Assembly (NCBI GenBank): GCA_964543655.1
Contig: CAZIZE010000063.1
Location: forward strand, 23,020 to 87,019
DNA: 64,000 bases
Direction: 5' to 3'
Source: an uncultured bacterium
GTDB lineage: Bacteria > DYJV01
The first letter of the stretch is position 1, and every line of letters starts with the position of its first letter. This document shows positions 18,946 through 28,980 of the stretch, piece after piece. A program made the translations under genes and the position numbers. Below the pieces are notes generated by a model. It saw nothing but the letters and a program-made list of their open reading frames with translations. It had not been told where the DNA came from and did no database searches.

Positions 18946-20400
18946 TTATTTTGAAATATTAAATTCCTGGCAATTAACATAACCAACTATTCTGTTATCT
19001 TTTCTGTATAGTGCACAGGCTTTATATGTGCCGTAAATTATATTCCCTTCAAGTTTTAAAGGTGTTGAAACTGAATTAGCATCACCATACAGAGTTAAGG
19101 ATGAGTAATGCTCAATTTTAGAGAAAGTCCAGGTTGGAGAATAATCGGAATTAAGTGAAGTATAGTATAATCCATTGTTATAATGCAAAACAGCTACATT
19201 ATTATCTGGCATTATAAAACCAAAGTAGAAATCAAAGTTACTGCTTAAAGGTGGCAATATAAGGCTTAAGTATAGATAATCACCGTATAAAAATTGAGTT
19301 TTATTAAGCTGTATATATACACCTGTACCATATGCTGAATCAGAAAGATCAACAACTTTATACTTTTCTGTAACATCATAATATGCATGGGAGAGAATAA
19401 TCTCTTTTATATTATCCAAAGAAAAATATGGATTAAGTGATAATAGGTCTGCAATTATACCTGTTACTATAGGTGCAGAAAAAGATGTACCTGTTTGTTT
19501 TAAATAAGAATCTCCAATATAAGTGGTTAAAACCTGCTCTCCTGGTGCAAATATGAAAGTCTGATTATCGTAATCAGAAAATGAACTTTTTTCAAAATCA
19601 TTATTAACAGAGCCAACTCCAAGAACATAACTGTTACTCGCAGGATAACTTTCTTCATCATTACCACCATTGCCAGTTGCTGCAACTAAAATTACACCTT
19701 TTTCTTTTGCATAAGAGATTGCATCTTCAATTGCCTGATTGCTCTGACTCATTTCAATACTCATATTTATAACTTTAGCACCATTATCAACCAGATAATA
19801 AATCCCTTTGGCAACTGAATAATCATCAAATGTAGGGGATGCTCCTTTGTTAATTTTAGCAACAACAAATTTTACATCAGGAGCAACACCTCTTATTCCC
19901 ACACCATTATTTGCAATTGCACCTATTATTCCTGCAACTGATGTGCCATGGCCAAAGCCATCAGAAACATCATAAGAATCTTCTGCTACATTGTAATATT
20001 TTAAAAATTGACCATTTAAATCTTCATGATCAAGTTCAACACCAGAATCGAGCAGACCAACAATAATACCACTACCTTTTGAAATATCAATTAGTTTTAG
20101 ACCATTAACCACTTGAAGCCATGTTTGCTCACCAAGCATTGGATCAGTAGTGTTTGAAAAATTATTACTATAGCTTTTAATGGTACTATTATTACTTTTA
20201 ATAAAATGAAATCTATGAATTCTGTTTGGAATAATTTTAACACCATTAACTGCAAAGTTTTTTAAATTACTTTCTCTTTTGTAATATTTAACAAATTCTT
20301 GATAAGAGTGGGCATTTTTTAATTTCACTATGTAACTTTCAGAAAAGCAAAATGAGTTTAAAATAAAAAAAATTAATAAAAAAGATAGAAATTTTAACAT
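18946..20400 (-). CDS. Secreted subtilisin-like serine protease (peptidase S8)
   Basis: Signal peptide; catalytic triad motifs (GVELDHEDL, HGTSVAGII, GTSFSAPIVTG). Confidence 0.8.
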   Translation of the reverse strand: MLKFLSFLLIFFILNSFCFSESYIVKLKNAHSYQEFVKYYKRESNLKNFAVNGVKIIPNRIHRFHFIKSNNSTIKSYSNNFSNTTDPMLGEQTWLQVVNGLKLIDISKGSGIIVGLLDSGVELDHEDLNGQFLKYYNVAEDSYDVSDGFGHGTSVAGIIGAIANNGVGIRGVAPDVKFVVAKINKGASPTFDDYSVAKGIYYLVDNGAKVINMSIEMSQSNQAIEDAISYAKEKGVILVAATGNGGNDEESYPASNSYVLGVGSVNNDFEKSSFSDYDNQTFIFAPGEQVLTTYIGDSYLKQTGTSFSAPIVTGIIADLLSLNPYFSLDNIKEIILSHAYYDVTEKYKVVDLSDSAYGTGVYIQLNKTQFLYGDYLYLSLILPPLSSNFDFYFGFIMPDNNVAVLHYNNGLYYTSLNSDYSPTWTFSKIEHYSSLTLYGDANSVSTPLKLEGNIIYGTYKACALYRKDNRIVGYVNCQEFNISK

Positions 20401-20411
20401 ATTATATCCTT

Positions 20412-21974
20412 TTATTTAATATTTTGAAGCAAATTTAAAAAGGGACCAACACTTAATAAAATTATAGTAATTGGCAAAAATATTTTATATTCCCTATTTT
20501 CTTTAATAAAAAAACTCTTTGTTGAATAGTATACTATAAATATCTTTATAATTAACATTAAATTAACATCTTTTATTGATAAAAGAAGAATAATTATAAC
20601 ATGAATTATTAAAATTTCAAGTGGATTGTATATGAAAAGGTCAAACTGTTTTTTTATAAAAGTCCTAAATAGTATTAAAATAAATAATAGCATAACAATA
20701 ATATTGGATAAATAGAAAAATTCTTTATTAACTCGGAAAATAATATAGAAATAAATCCAGAAAACAATAAAATTTGAAAAAATTTTTACAGTATCATCCT
20801 TTGAATTAAACATCTGGTTGGCAAGCATTAAAAGGACTATAAGAATAAAAATCAGAGATTTTTGTAGATTCCAGTTTTCAGCTTTATAAAAGAGAATGTA
20901 TATTCCAACTATTGAGAAAATGGTTACAATATTGACAATTAGGAGAGATTTACTTTTTGTAGTGTAAATTTCACCTTTAACTAATTTTCTAATTGCTCTT
21001 CTAATAAGATAATTTAATCTTTTAACCTTTTTTTTAAAATTAAAAGGTTGAAGAATTTTAATAAAAAGAAGTGAAACATAAAAGATTCCTATAACAGAGA
21101 TTGCTATTATTTTTAAATTAATAAGATAATTCTTCAATGTAATTATAGAGATAAAGCAGGATAAAGTGTAAAGTAGTAAAATTACCTGCCTGTCAGTAAA
21201 ACCAAGGTCCATTAATTTATGATGTATATGCTCTTTATCTGATTTAAAGATACTTTTTTTATTTTTCATTCTATTAAAAGCAACCCTTATAACATCCATT
21301 AAAGGAATTATAAGAAATAACACTGGCATTAAAAAGGAAAATGAAACAACAGTTTTTGAGTATATTAGTAAACTCATTGCTGAAATTATAAAGCCAAGGT
21401 ATAAACTGCCACTATCTCCAAGAAAAATTTTAGCAGGTGGAATATTAAATCTTAAAAAAGCTGCAAGAGCTGAGCTAACAATTAAACAGTACAGAATGAG
21501 GTCTTTGTAAGAATTTTGGATTGCAACACTTAAAACACTTGTAAAAAGTATAAAGCTTAATCCTGCTGCAAGTCCATCAACACCATCTATTAAATTAATT
21601 GAATTAATTACAAATATTATCCAGAAAAGTGTAAATAGAAAATTAAAAATTTTAATTTGAAAAAAATTTACCCAATAAATTGATGGAAGCTTATAAATAA
21701 AGAAAGAAACAATTAAAATCTGAAAGAAAAGTTTTGCTAAAGCTGGAATATCAAAAATATCATCAATAATTCCTAATACAAAAATGAACATACCAAAAAG
21801 AATAACCAAATTTACGAACTGATTTTTTATGATTAAAAAAGGTATTAAAGAGGTAACAAAAAATATAATAAAACCCCCTAAAAAGGGGGTGGGTTTTGAA
21901 TGAATTTTTCTTTGTGAAGTTGGGTAATCAAGTAAATTTAGATAATTTGCACCTGAAATAGTTAGTGGTGTCAA
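20412..21974 (-). CDS. Glycosyltransferase family 4 (WecA/MraY-like polyprenyl-phosphate sugar-1-P transferase) with an additional C-terminal polytopic membrane extension
   Basis: N-terminal WecA-like region (LLDYPTSQRKIHSKPTPFLGGFIIF...DGVDGLAAG...FLGDSGSLYLGF) followed by roughly 170 extra hydrophobic residues. Confidence 0.7.
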   Translation of the reverse strand: MTPLTISGANYLNLLDYPTSQRKIHSKPTPFLGGFIIFFVTSLIPFLIIKNQFVNLVILFGMFIFVLGIIDDIFDIPALAKLFFQILIVSFFIYKLPSIYWVNFFQIKIFNFLFTLFWIIFVINSINLIDGVDGLAAGLSFILFTSVLSVAIQNSYKDLILYCLIVSSALAAFLRFNIPPAKIFLGDSGSLYLGFIISAMSLLIYSKTVVSFSFLMPVLFLIIPLMDVIRVAFNRMKNKKSIFKSDKEHIHHKLMDLGFTDRQVILLLYTLSCFISIITLKNYLINLKIIAISVIGIFYVSLLFIKILQPFNFKKKVKRLNYLIRRAIRKLVKGEIYTTKSKSLLIVNIVTIFSIVGIYILFYKAENWNLQKSLIFILIVLLMLANQMFNSKDDTVKIFSNFIVFWIYFYIIFRVNKEFFYLSNIIVMLLFILILFRTFIKKQFDLFIYNPLEILIIHVIIILLLSIKDVNLMLIIKIFIVYYSTKSFFIKENREYKIFLPITIILLSVGPFLNLLQNIK

Positions 21975-22034
21975 AATTAGAGTAACAAAACCTGTAATTA
22001 CAATTAAATAAAAGTAGAGTATCTTACTACCTCT

Positions 22035-22835
22035 TTATTTAACAAATTTTATTTTATATTCCTTTAATAACCTGTTCCTGATTTTACTTCGAATTTTTTC
22101 AGCTTTTTTCTCAAATAAGATTTTTCTGATTTTTTCTTTTATCTGCTCAAAACTCAATGTTTTTGGCTCTTTTTTATCAACTAATTTAATTATTAAATAT
22201 TTGTCATTATATTTAAAAGGCTTGGAAATTTCACCCTTTTTTAAATTTTTTAACACTGACAAAACTTTTTTAGGTAATTTGTCAGCCTCTCTGAAACTAT
22301 TTTGAAATAGAGCTGCAAAAGGGTTTTTCTGATATTTTGCCATTAAAACTTCAAATTTTTTCCCTTTTTTAATTTCATTGTAAACTTTTTCAGCTTCTTT
22401 CTTACTTTTTAATGGAATTTGTGAATATTTGTATTTAGCTTTTTCAATAAAATGGGCTTTATTTTTATTGTAATATTCTTTAACCTCTCTGTCACTGATT
22501 TTTATTTTATTGACTTTCTCCTTTAAATAAGCTTTGTATAAAATTCTGTCAATTTGAATCTGAATTTGTCTTTTTACATCTGGATTCTTATCCAGTTTTT
22601 CCTTTTTAGCTTCTATTGCTCCAACTTTTTGAAGAATGATATTTTCAGCAAATCTTTTTTTATTTCTTAAAATAAATTGCCTGAACTGTACAGGTATATC
22701 TTTAAGATAAAAGTTCAGGTCATTGTCAGTAAAGTTATATTTCTTGCCATTAACTTTATATGTGGCAATTACACCAGCAAAAAGATTGGTTGTTAAAAAT
22801 GTAAAAAAAATCAGACTAATCAAACTTTTCCTCAT
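22035..22835 (-). CDS. SurA-N-domain-like periplasmic chaperone (PpiC/SurA family), parvulin domain not evident
   Basis: Signal peptide, Lys-rich helical SurA-N-like architecture; no clear parvulin signature. Confidence 0.45.
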   Translation of the reverse strand: MRKSLISLIFFTFLTTNLFAGVIATYKVNGKKYNFTDNDLNFYLKDIPVQFRQFILRNKKRFAENIILQKVGAIEAKKEKLDKNPDVKRQIQIQIDRILYKAYLKEKVNKIKISDREVKEYYNKNKAHFIEKAKYKYSQIPLKSKKEAEKVYNEIKKGKKFEVLMAKYQKNPFAALFQNSFREADKLPKKVLSVLKNLKKGEISKPFKYNDKYLIIKLVDKKEPKTLSFEQIKEKIRKILFEKKAEKIRSKIRNRLLKEYKIKFVK

Positions 22836-23673
22836 TAAACTCCTCCTTGACTTTGTAATTAAAATTATTTAATAAACTTAATGTTTTTTTATTTATTTTA
22901 TCTCTTTCCCTATCAAAAAACCAGCCCCATTTGTTGAAATATTTAATAGCAGAAATTAAATGAATTAACAAGTATTTAATTTTTCTATACGATAAGCTGG
23001 CTCTTTTATGTAATGCCTCTATTTCAGGAAAATAAATTGTATAAAAATATTTAGCAACCCTTCTAACAAAGTCAACATCTTCCATATATAGAAAAAATCT
23101 TTCATCAAAATAGCCAACTTTTTTGAATGCATTACTGCTAATAAATAAGCAGCAACCTGAAAGATTGGGTACAAATTGAATTTGCTCTTTTTTCATTGCT
23201 TCAAGATTGTAAAAATCTATTGATTTTTTAAAAAAATTTGGAAAAAATCTTTTAGAGAAAAGGTTAAATGGCGTTGGAATTAAATGGCATGTTGAGGAAA
23301 GATGGTATTCCTCTGTATTGTGTAAAACTTTTGGTGCTAAGATGCCTATTTCTTTATTGTTAATCATAAAATTGTATGCTTTTTCAATATGTTTAGCTTC
23401 AATAAATATATCAGGATTTAAAATTAAAAATATTTCTGATTTTTCTATATATTTTCTAAAAACTATATTGTGACCCTTGCCAAAGCCTAAATTTTTTCCT
23501 GTTTTTATATATTCTATGGCAAATTTGCTTAATAATGATTCATTTAAACTATTCTGGCTATTATCAACAATACATATTCTTTTCTTTAACCTAACTTTGT
23601 TAAGCTCTTTTAATATAGGCTCTATTTCATGAAAAGTGTTATTGTATAATACCATTGAAATAATTATTTCCAT
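22816..23673 (-). CDS. Family 2 glycosyltransferase-like protein
   Basis: GT2-like N-terminus (ISMVLYNNTFHEIEPILKEL...CIVDNSQN) and DxD-like (YMEDVD). Confidence 0.6.
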   Translation of the reverse strand: MEIIISMVLYNNTFHEIEPILKELNKVRLKKRICIVDNSQNSLNESLLSKFAIEYIKTGKNLGFGKGHNIVFRKYIEKSEIFLILNPDIFIEAKHIEKAYNFMINNKEIGILAPKVLHNTEEYHLSSTCHLIPTPFNLFSKRFFPNFFKKSIDFYNLEAMKKEQIQFVPNLSGCCLFISSNAFKKVGYFDERFFLYMEDVDFVRRVAKYFYTIYFPEIEALHKRASLSYRKIKYLLIHLISAIKYFNKWGWFFDRERDKINKKTLSLLNNFNYKVKEEFNEEKFD

Positions 23674-23749
23674 AAGTGGTAATTATCAGAAAAATAATTC
23701 TTCTTCAATAAATATTGACTTTAAAACGTAAATTTAATAATAGATTATT

Positions 23750-25033
23750 ATGGATGAGTCATCAATAATAGATTTATGGCTTACAATTTTGCTAATTGTT
23801 TTAATTATTTTATCTGCTTTTTTCTCAGGTTCAGAAACATCCTTTTTTGCTCTTAACAAATTTAAGTTAATCCATCTTGTAAGGGAGAAGGTTAAAAAAG
23901 CAGAAAAAATTAAAAAGCTGTTAGATGATAAAGAATCTCTTATAGGTGCCATACTTCTTGGTAATAATCTTGTAAATGTTGCAGCATCTTCTATTTCAAC
24001 TTATCTATTTCTAAAATATTTTGGTAACTCAGGGATTGTTTATTCTACTATAATTATGACATTTATACTTTTAATTTTTGCAGAAATCACACCTAAAGTT
24101 TACTCTTCCACCTATCCTGAAAAGGTATCTTTCTTTGCTGCTAATATTATAGAAAAGATAATTTTTATTTTAAAACCATTTTTATATATTACAACTTTTT
24201 TTTCAGGTTTGATTTTGAAAATTTTTTCAGTAAAATCTACAAAAGATAAAATTTACATTTCCAAGGAAGAATTAAAAACTCTTATTCTCACCGGTGAAAA
24301 AAGTGGATTTCTTGATAAAGATAAAAGAGAGATGCTTAACAATTTGTTGGAGTTTAGTGAACTTATAGTAAAGGATGTTATGATTCCAAGAATTGATGTG
24401 ATAATGTTGAATATAGAGAATAGTATTGATGAAATAATAAAAACCATGAATGAAAACAATTATTCAAGATACCCAGTTTATAAGAAAAATATAGATAATA
24501 TTATAGGAATTCTCCATACAAAGACTTTTTTAAATCTTTTTACAACAAAAAAGAATATTACTAAAGATGATATTATCAATAATCTACAGAAAGTGTTTTA
24601 TACTTCAGAGTTTACAAAAATAGAATTTTTATTAAAAAAAATGAAGCAGAACAAAATTCATCTTGCAGTTGTTGTAGATGAGTATGGTGGTTTTGAGGGA
24701 ATTGTTACTCTTGAGGATATTTTAGAAGAGATAGTTGGTGAAATTCAAGATGAGTTTGATACAGAAAATGAAAAGTTTATTAAGATAGATGATTCAACTT
24801 ATATATTGGATGGAGATTTTTCAATAAAAAAATTTAATGAAATTTTTTCAACAGATTTACCCCATGAAGATGAATCAACAATTGCTGGATTTTTTATTGC
24901 AAACATTGGTAAAATTCCTGAGGAGCATGAAGTTACATTTTATAAAAATTTTAAATTCACAGCATTAAAAATAGAGAAACGTACAATTAAAAAATTAAAA
25001 GTAGAGATTAAAAATGAGGAAAATAAGGATTAA
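23750..25033 (+). CDS. CNNM/CorC/TlyC-family membrane protein (DUF21 + CBS pair + CorC_HlyC)
   Basis: N-terminal 4-TM DUF21, tandem CBS domains (VMIPRIDVIML...; LAVVVDEYGGFEGIVTLEDILEEIVGEI) and C-terminal transporter-associated domain. Confidence 0.85.
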   Translation: MDESSIIDLWLTILLIVLIILSAFFSGSETSFFALNKFKLIHLVREKVKKAEKIKKLLDDKESLIGAILLGNNLVNVAASSISTYLFLKYFGNSGIVYSTIIMTFILLIFAEITPKVYSSTYPEKVSFFAANIIEKIIFILKPFLYITTFFSGLILKIFSVKSTKDKIYISKEELKTLILTGEKSGFLDKDKREMLNNLLEFSELIVKDVMIPRIDVIMLNIENSIDEIIKTMNENNYSRYPVYKKNIDNIIGILHTKTFLNLFTTKKNITKDDIINNLQKVFYTSEFTKIEFLLKKMKQNKIHLAVVVDEYGGFEGIVTLEDILEEIVGEIQDEFDTENEKFIKIDDSTYILDGDFSIKKFNEIFSTDLPHEDESTIAGFFIANIGKIPEEHEVTFYKNFKFTALKIEKRTIKKLKVEIKNEENKD

Positions 25034-25150
25034 ATATATTATTTTATTTTTATTTATCTGCTTTATGATTACAGGAATTATAATTGGAGAAAACAAGGTT
25101 ATTTTTAAAAAAGCTATATCTATCTGTCTTAGCTGTATTGGTATTGGTTA

Positions 25151-25996
25151 ATGAAAATTAAGAGAAAAATTTTTCAGGTATTATTTACAATATTTAACAA
25201 TATTTATCTGCTATTTCCTTTCACAGGGAGAATTTATCAAGGAAATCTAAAATATATATGTTCACCAGGATTAAATTGCTATTCTTGCCCTGCAAGTATT
25301 TTTGCATGTCCAATAGGAGCAATGCAAAACTTTTTTACTGGTTTAAAAGCAGGTATTGCATTTGGTAAGTATTATTTTGGTATTTTTGTAATAGGTTTTT
25401 TAGGAACAATAGGTATGTTGTTAGGGAGAATTGTATGTGGCTGGGCATGCCCTTTTGGTTTATTTCAAGAAATATTGTATAAAATACCTACAAAAAAATT
25501 TAAAATTAATTTTTCGTATCTTAAGTATTTAAAATATCTCATTTTAGTTATTATGGTAATTATTTTACCAATATTTCTTACAGACAATTTTGGATATGGC
25601 TCAGCTATTTTTTGCAAGTATCTCTGTCCTGCTGGCACTCTTGAAGCAGGTTTGCCTCTACCACTGCTAATACCTTCTTTGAAAGAAATGATAGGTTTTC
25701 TATATTACTGGAAATTATCAATATTGATAATATTTATAATTTTTTTTATAATTTCCAAAAGGCCATTTTGTAGATACCTCTGTCCTCTTGGAGCAATATA
25801 CTCTTTATTTAACAGATTCTCTTTTCTCCAGTTAGAGAAAGATTTGACAAAATGCACTAAATGCTTAAAATGTGAGGCAGTTTGTCCCATGTCATTAAAA
25901 TTAGATGAAATTCCTAAGGATCAGAATTGTATAAGATGTTTTAGCTGTATTAAAGCCTGTCCTGAGAAAGCAATAAAAATAAGTTTTAGAAGTTAA
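25151..25996 (+). CDS. NapH/MauN-type membrane polyferredoxin (4Fe-4S)
   Basis: Repeated CxxCP-type motifs (GWACPFG, CKYLCPAG, CRYLCPLGA) plus two C-terminal CxxCxxCxxxCP ferredoxin motifs. Confidence 0.7.
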   Translation: MKIKRKIFQVLFTIFNNIYLLFPFTGRIYQGNLKYICSPGLNCYSCPASIFACPIGAMQNFFTGLKAGIAFGKYYFGIFVIGFLGTIGMLLGRIVCGWACPFGLFQEILYKIPTKKFKINFSYLKYLKYLILVIMVIILPIFLTDNFGYGSAIFCKYLCPAGTLEAGLPLPLLIPSLKEMIGFLYYWKLSILIIFIIFFIISKRPFCRYLCPLGAIYSLFNRFSFLQLEKDLTKCTKCLKCEAVCPMSLKLDEIPKDQNCIRCFSCIKACPEKAIKISFRS

Positions 25997-26922
25997 GCTT
26001 TATATGTTTTTTCATAAATAAGCAACATTAAAAGTGCAATAATCATTGGAAGGATAAAATAGATTACCCTATAGAGAAGCAAAGATAAAAATAGAGTATT
26101 AACATTGAAAATATTTTTCAGGTAATAAATTATAATTGAATCAAAAACTCCTATTCCTGCTGGGACATGACTTGTAACTGCACCAATCTGAGCAACTAAA
26201 AATATTGGAAAAAAATTTTCAAAAGATAATCCATTTGGAAGTAAAAAGTAGAATACAAATGATAATAAGAGCCAATCAAGAGTAGAAATTATAGTGATAA
26301 TCACCAATCTTTTGCTACTTGCTATTGGAAATAGAATTTTCCATTTTAAATTAAAAATATCTTTTATTATTGATAATGATGAAAAAGCTAATAAAATAAC
26401 TAAAGAAGCTATTCCTATTTCATAACCTGAAAATTTTATATTAGTAAATGGCAGGTTAAACATATAATTTGGCTCAATAAATAAAAAAGTTATTAAAGAT
26501 AGAAATATTAAACCAACCCAGTAAACCCATGATAAAATAACAAGGTATTTACCAATATCTTTAATATTTATATTCATTTTTGTAAAAAAACGGAACCTTA
26601 AAATTCCACCAAGGAAGGCACCGAAGCCAAGATTATTATTTATTATAAATGTAATGAGTGAGATTAATGACAAACGTTTCAAAGGAATTTTCAATTTTAG
26701 CTGTGAAGCAACAGAAATATCGTAAAATGTAATAATTATATAGTTTAAAATGGTCAAGCCTAATGCCCATATAATGTAATTTATCTGAACAGAATTGAAA
26801 GCAGCAATTACCTTCTCACAGGACAATTCTTTGGAAATTTGAAACATATACCTAAAAGAGAGATAAATAATAGTAGCAATAATAGCTATATTTATAAATT
26901 TTAAGATGCTTTTTTTATTCAT
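25993..26922 (-). CDS. Polytopic membrane protein, UPF0104 / lysylphosphatidylglycerol-synthase-TM-like
   Basis: About 8 predicted TM helices; family assignment by overall topology and sequence feel only. Confidence 0.4.
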   Translation of the reverse strand: MNKKSILKFINIAIIATIIYLSFRYMFQISKELSCEKVIAAFNSVQINYIIWALGLTILNYIIITFYDISVASQLKLKIPLKRLSLISLITFIINNNLGFGAFLGGILRFRFFTKMNINIKDIGKYLVILSWVYWVGLIFLSLITFLFIEPNYMFNLPFTNIKFSGYEIGIASLVILLAFSSLSIIKDIFNLKWKILFPIASSKRLVIITIISTLDWLLLSFVFYFLLPNGLSFENFFPIFLVAQIGAVTSHVPAGIGVFDSIIIYYLKNIFNVNTLFLSLLLYRVIYFILPMIIALLMLLIYEKTYKA

Positions 26923-26928
26923 TACAGT

Positions 26929-27828
26929 TTAGTTTTTTAATATTTCACTTAAATATCCTTTTTGTAGCATTTCTAAATTCAACAAATAGTCAGCTTGATA
27001 AAAGTATTCTTTTAAAGGGGCTTGGGTTTTAATCCATCCTTGTCCATCAGTAATCCAGATGAATTCTATTCCCTGTTTTTTCCAAAATTGATTCATTGTA
27101 ATATATTCACCAGCAGTAGATTTTAACTTGGAACCACCGCCACCATAAAAGTTGGTTTCTATAAAATATAATTTTTTATTTTTACAAATTACAAAATCAA
27201 TTTTTCTATATGATTTATCAACTTTAATATTAAATCCCCATTTATTTTTAATTTTTGAAGCTGTTGCCTGAGATATATAATCAGCATTGTTTAAATAACA
27301 TGCATTAGCTACAAAAATTTCTACAATAGATTCCATTAAAGAGCCAATTCTATTTTTTCGGGCATTACTATCTAAACCAACTTCTACACCTATAACATAA
27401 TCTACTAAATTCTTAATTTTTTTATTAATTAAAAGCTTTCCAATCCCTGATTCTAAAAGAAATTCAGCAAATTTTTCTGCTTCTTCAATGGTGGGTGAGC
27501 TATTTTTAAAGTTGAATCTTTTATATATAAAGCGATTTATATTAACCAAAATCTCCAGAGAATTTTCTCTTATTGCCAAAAGCTTGGGAATAGCTTTTAT
27601 TACCTGTGGATACTCTAAAATAAGCGAAATCGCTTCATTTATAAAGTCATCTTTGCCAATTAGAGAATTTAAAAGATTTAATTCTCGTTCTATTGGAGTT
27701 ATATTCTTTAAAACTTTTTCCCAATTAACAAAGTAATCCCACTTTGTTATTTTATGTTTTAAAGTTTTAATAAAGTAATCAAAAAACTCATCTTCTGATA
27801 TTTTTGCTATTTGACAGATCTTTTTCAT
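26929..27828 (-). CDS. Type II restriction endonuclease, DpnII/MboI family (predicted GATC specificity)
   Basis: Closely parallels R.DpnII: NLVDYVIGVEVGLDSNARKNRIGSLMESIV, FIETNFYGGGGSKLKSTAGEY, WITDGQGW. Confidence 0.85.
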   Translation of the reverse strand: MKKICQIAKISEDEFFDYFIKTLKHKITKWDYFVNWEKVLKNITPIERELNLLNSLIGKDDFINEAISLILEYPQVIKAIPKLLAIRENSLEILVNINRFIYKRFNFKNSSPTIEEAEKFAEFLLESGIGKLLINKKIKNLVDYVIGVEVGLDSNARKNRIGSLMESIVEIFVANACYLNNADYISQATASKIKNKWGFNIKVDKSYRKIDFVICKNKKLYFIETNFYGGGGSKLKSTAGEYITMNQFWKKQGIEFIWITDGQGWIKTQAPLKEYFYQADYLLNLEMLQKGYLSEILKN

Positions 27829-27836
27829 AATTTATT

Positions 27837-28691
27837 TTAAGGTAAAACTCCATAATTTTGAATAGTTTCCTTAACTTGCATTTTATTGAATATAGAATTT
27901 TTTTGTAAAAAAAGCTCCTCACTAATTCTTGGGATAGCAAGTTTTTCTAAATATTGTTTTTCTGAATCTATACCAACAAATTTTCTTTTGTATCTAATAG
28001 CTACAACACCTGTAGTGCCACTACCACAGAAAGGATCAAGCACAATATCGCCTTCATTGCTTGATGCTAAGATAATTCTTTTAAGTAATGTTTCAGGTTT
28101 TTGGGTTGGATGTTTACCAAATTTTTTCTCACCATTTTTAGGAGTATTTATTGCCCAAACACTTCTCATTTGTTTATTTGGTTTTTTTATAAAATCATCA
28201 TTCCATTCACCATTTTTCATTAAATCATAATTAAATAAATGTTTTGCTTTTTTATTTTTTTTTGCCCATAAAAGAGTTTCATGGCTGGCAGTAAACATTC
28301 TACAGGAAAGGTTGGGAGAGGCATTTGGCTTAAACCAGCATATATCATTGATTAAATGCCATCCCTGTTTCTGAAGTGCAAAACCACAAGCATATATTGA
28401 ATGATAAGTCCCTGAAATCCATAATGTCCCGGTTGATTTTAATACTCTTTTACATGCTTCTATCCATTTATAATGAAACTGAAAATCCTCTTCAACACCT
28501 CTACTTTTATCCCATTCCCCTTTATTTACACTTACTCTTTTTCCTGCATGGCAGGTAAATCCATCATTTGAAAGATTATATGGTGGATCAGCAAAAATTA
28601 GGTCTATGCTTTCTTCTGGTAATTGAGTTAAAGTTTCAATTACATCTCCATGGTAGATTCTAATACCAATGTCACTAAAAAATGGTTTCAT
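27837..28691 (-). CDS. N6-adenine DNA methyltransferase, DpnA (M2.DpnII)-like beta-class
   Basis: IFADPPYNLS motif IV, SVNKGEWDK, WISGTYHSIY, NLSCRMFT, FGKHPTQKPE, LDPFCGSGTTGVVA (motif I at the C-terminus); 8 nt upstream of the endonuclease gene. Confidence 0.9.
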   Translation of the reverse strand: MKPFFSDIGIRIYHGDVIETLTQLPEESIDLIFADPPYNLSNDGFTCHAGKRVSVNKGEWDKSRGVEEDFQFHYKWIEACKRVLKSTGTLWISGTYHSIYACGFALQKQGWHLINDICWFKPNASPNLSCRMFTASHETLLWAKKNKKAKHLFNYDLMKNGEWNDDFIKKPNKQMRSVWAINTPKNGEKKFGKHPTQKPETLLKRIILASSNEGDIVLDPFCGSGTTGVVAIRYKRKFVGIDSEKQYLEKLAIPRISEELFLQKNSIFNKMQVKETIQNYGVLP

Positions 28692-28980
28692 AAAAATTTC
28701 CTAAGATTTTTAATATATAACAGATTATTAAATAACTGATAAAAATTTTTTTATTTTCACTTTTAACTATTTTAAGTTGTATAAAATAAAATTCTTTTTA
28801 TGTCAATTTTTGTATAAAAAACTTGTTGAACAAATATAATTCATTTGTTATTATGTTTAAAATTTAATATTTTATACGATTTTCTACTTAAAATGATACT
28901 TGTAATATTTACAATCATCTGTTATTAAATTTTTTTCAACTTTAAACTGTTGACCATAAACTTATTTTAGGAGTGTTTCC

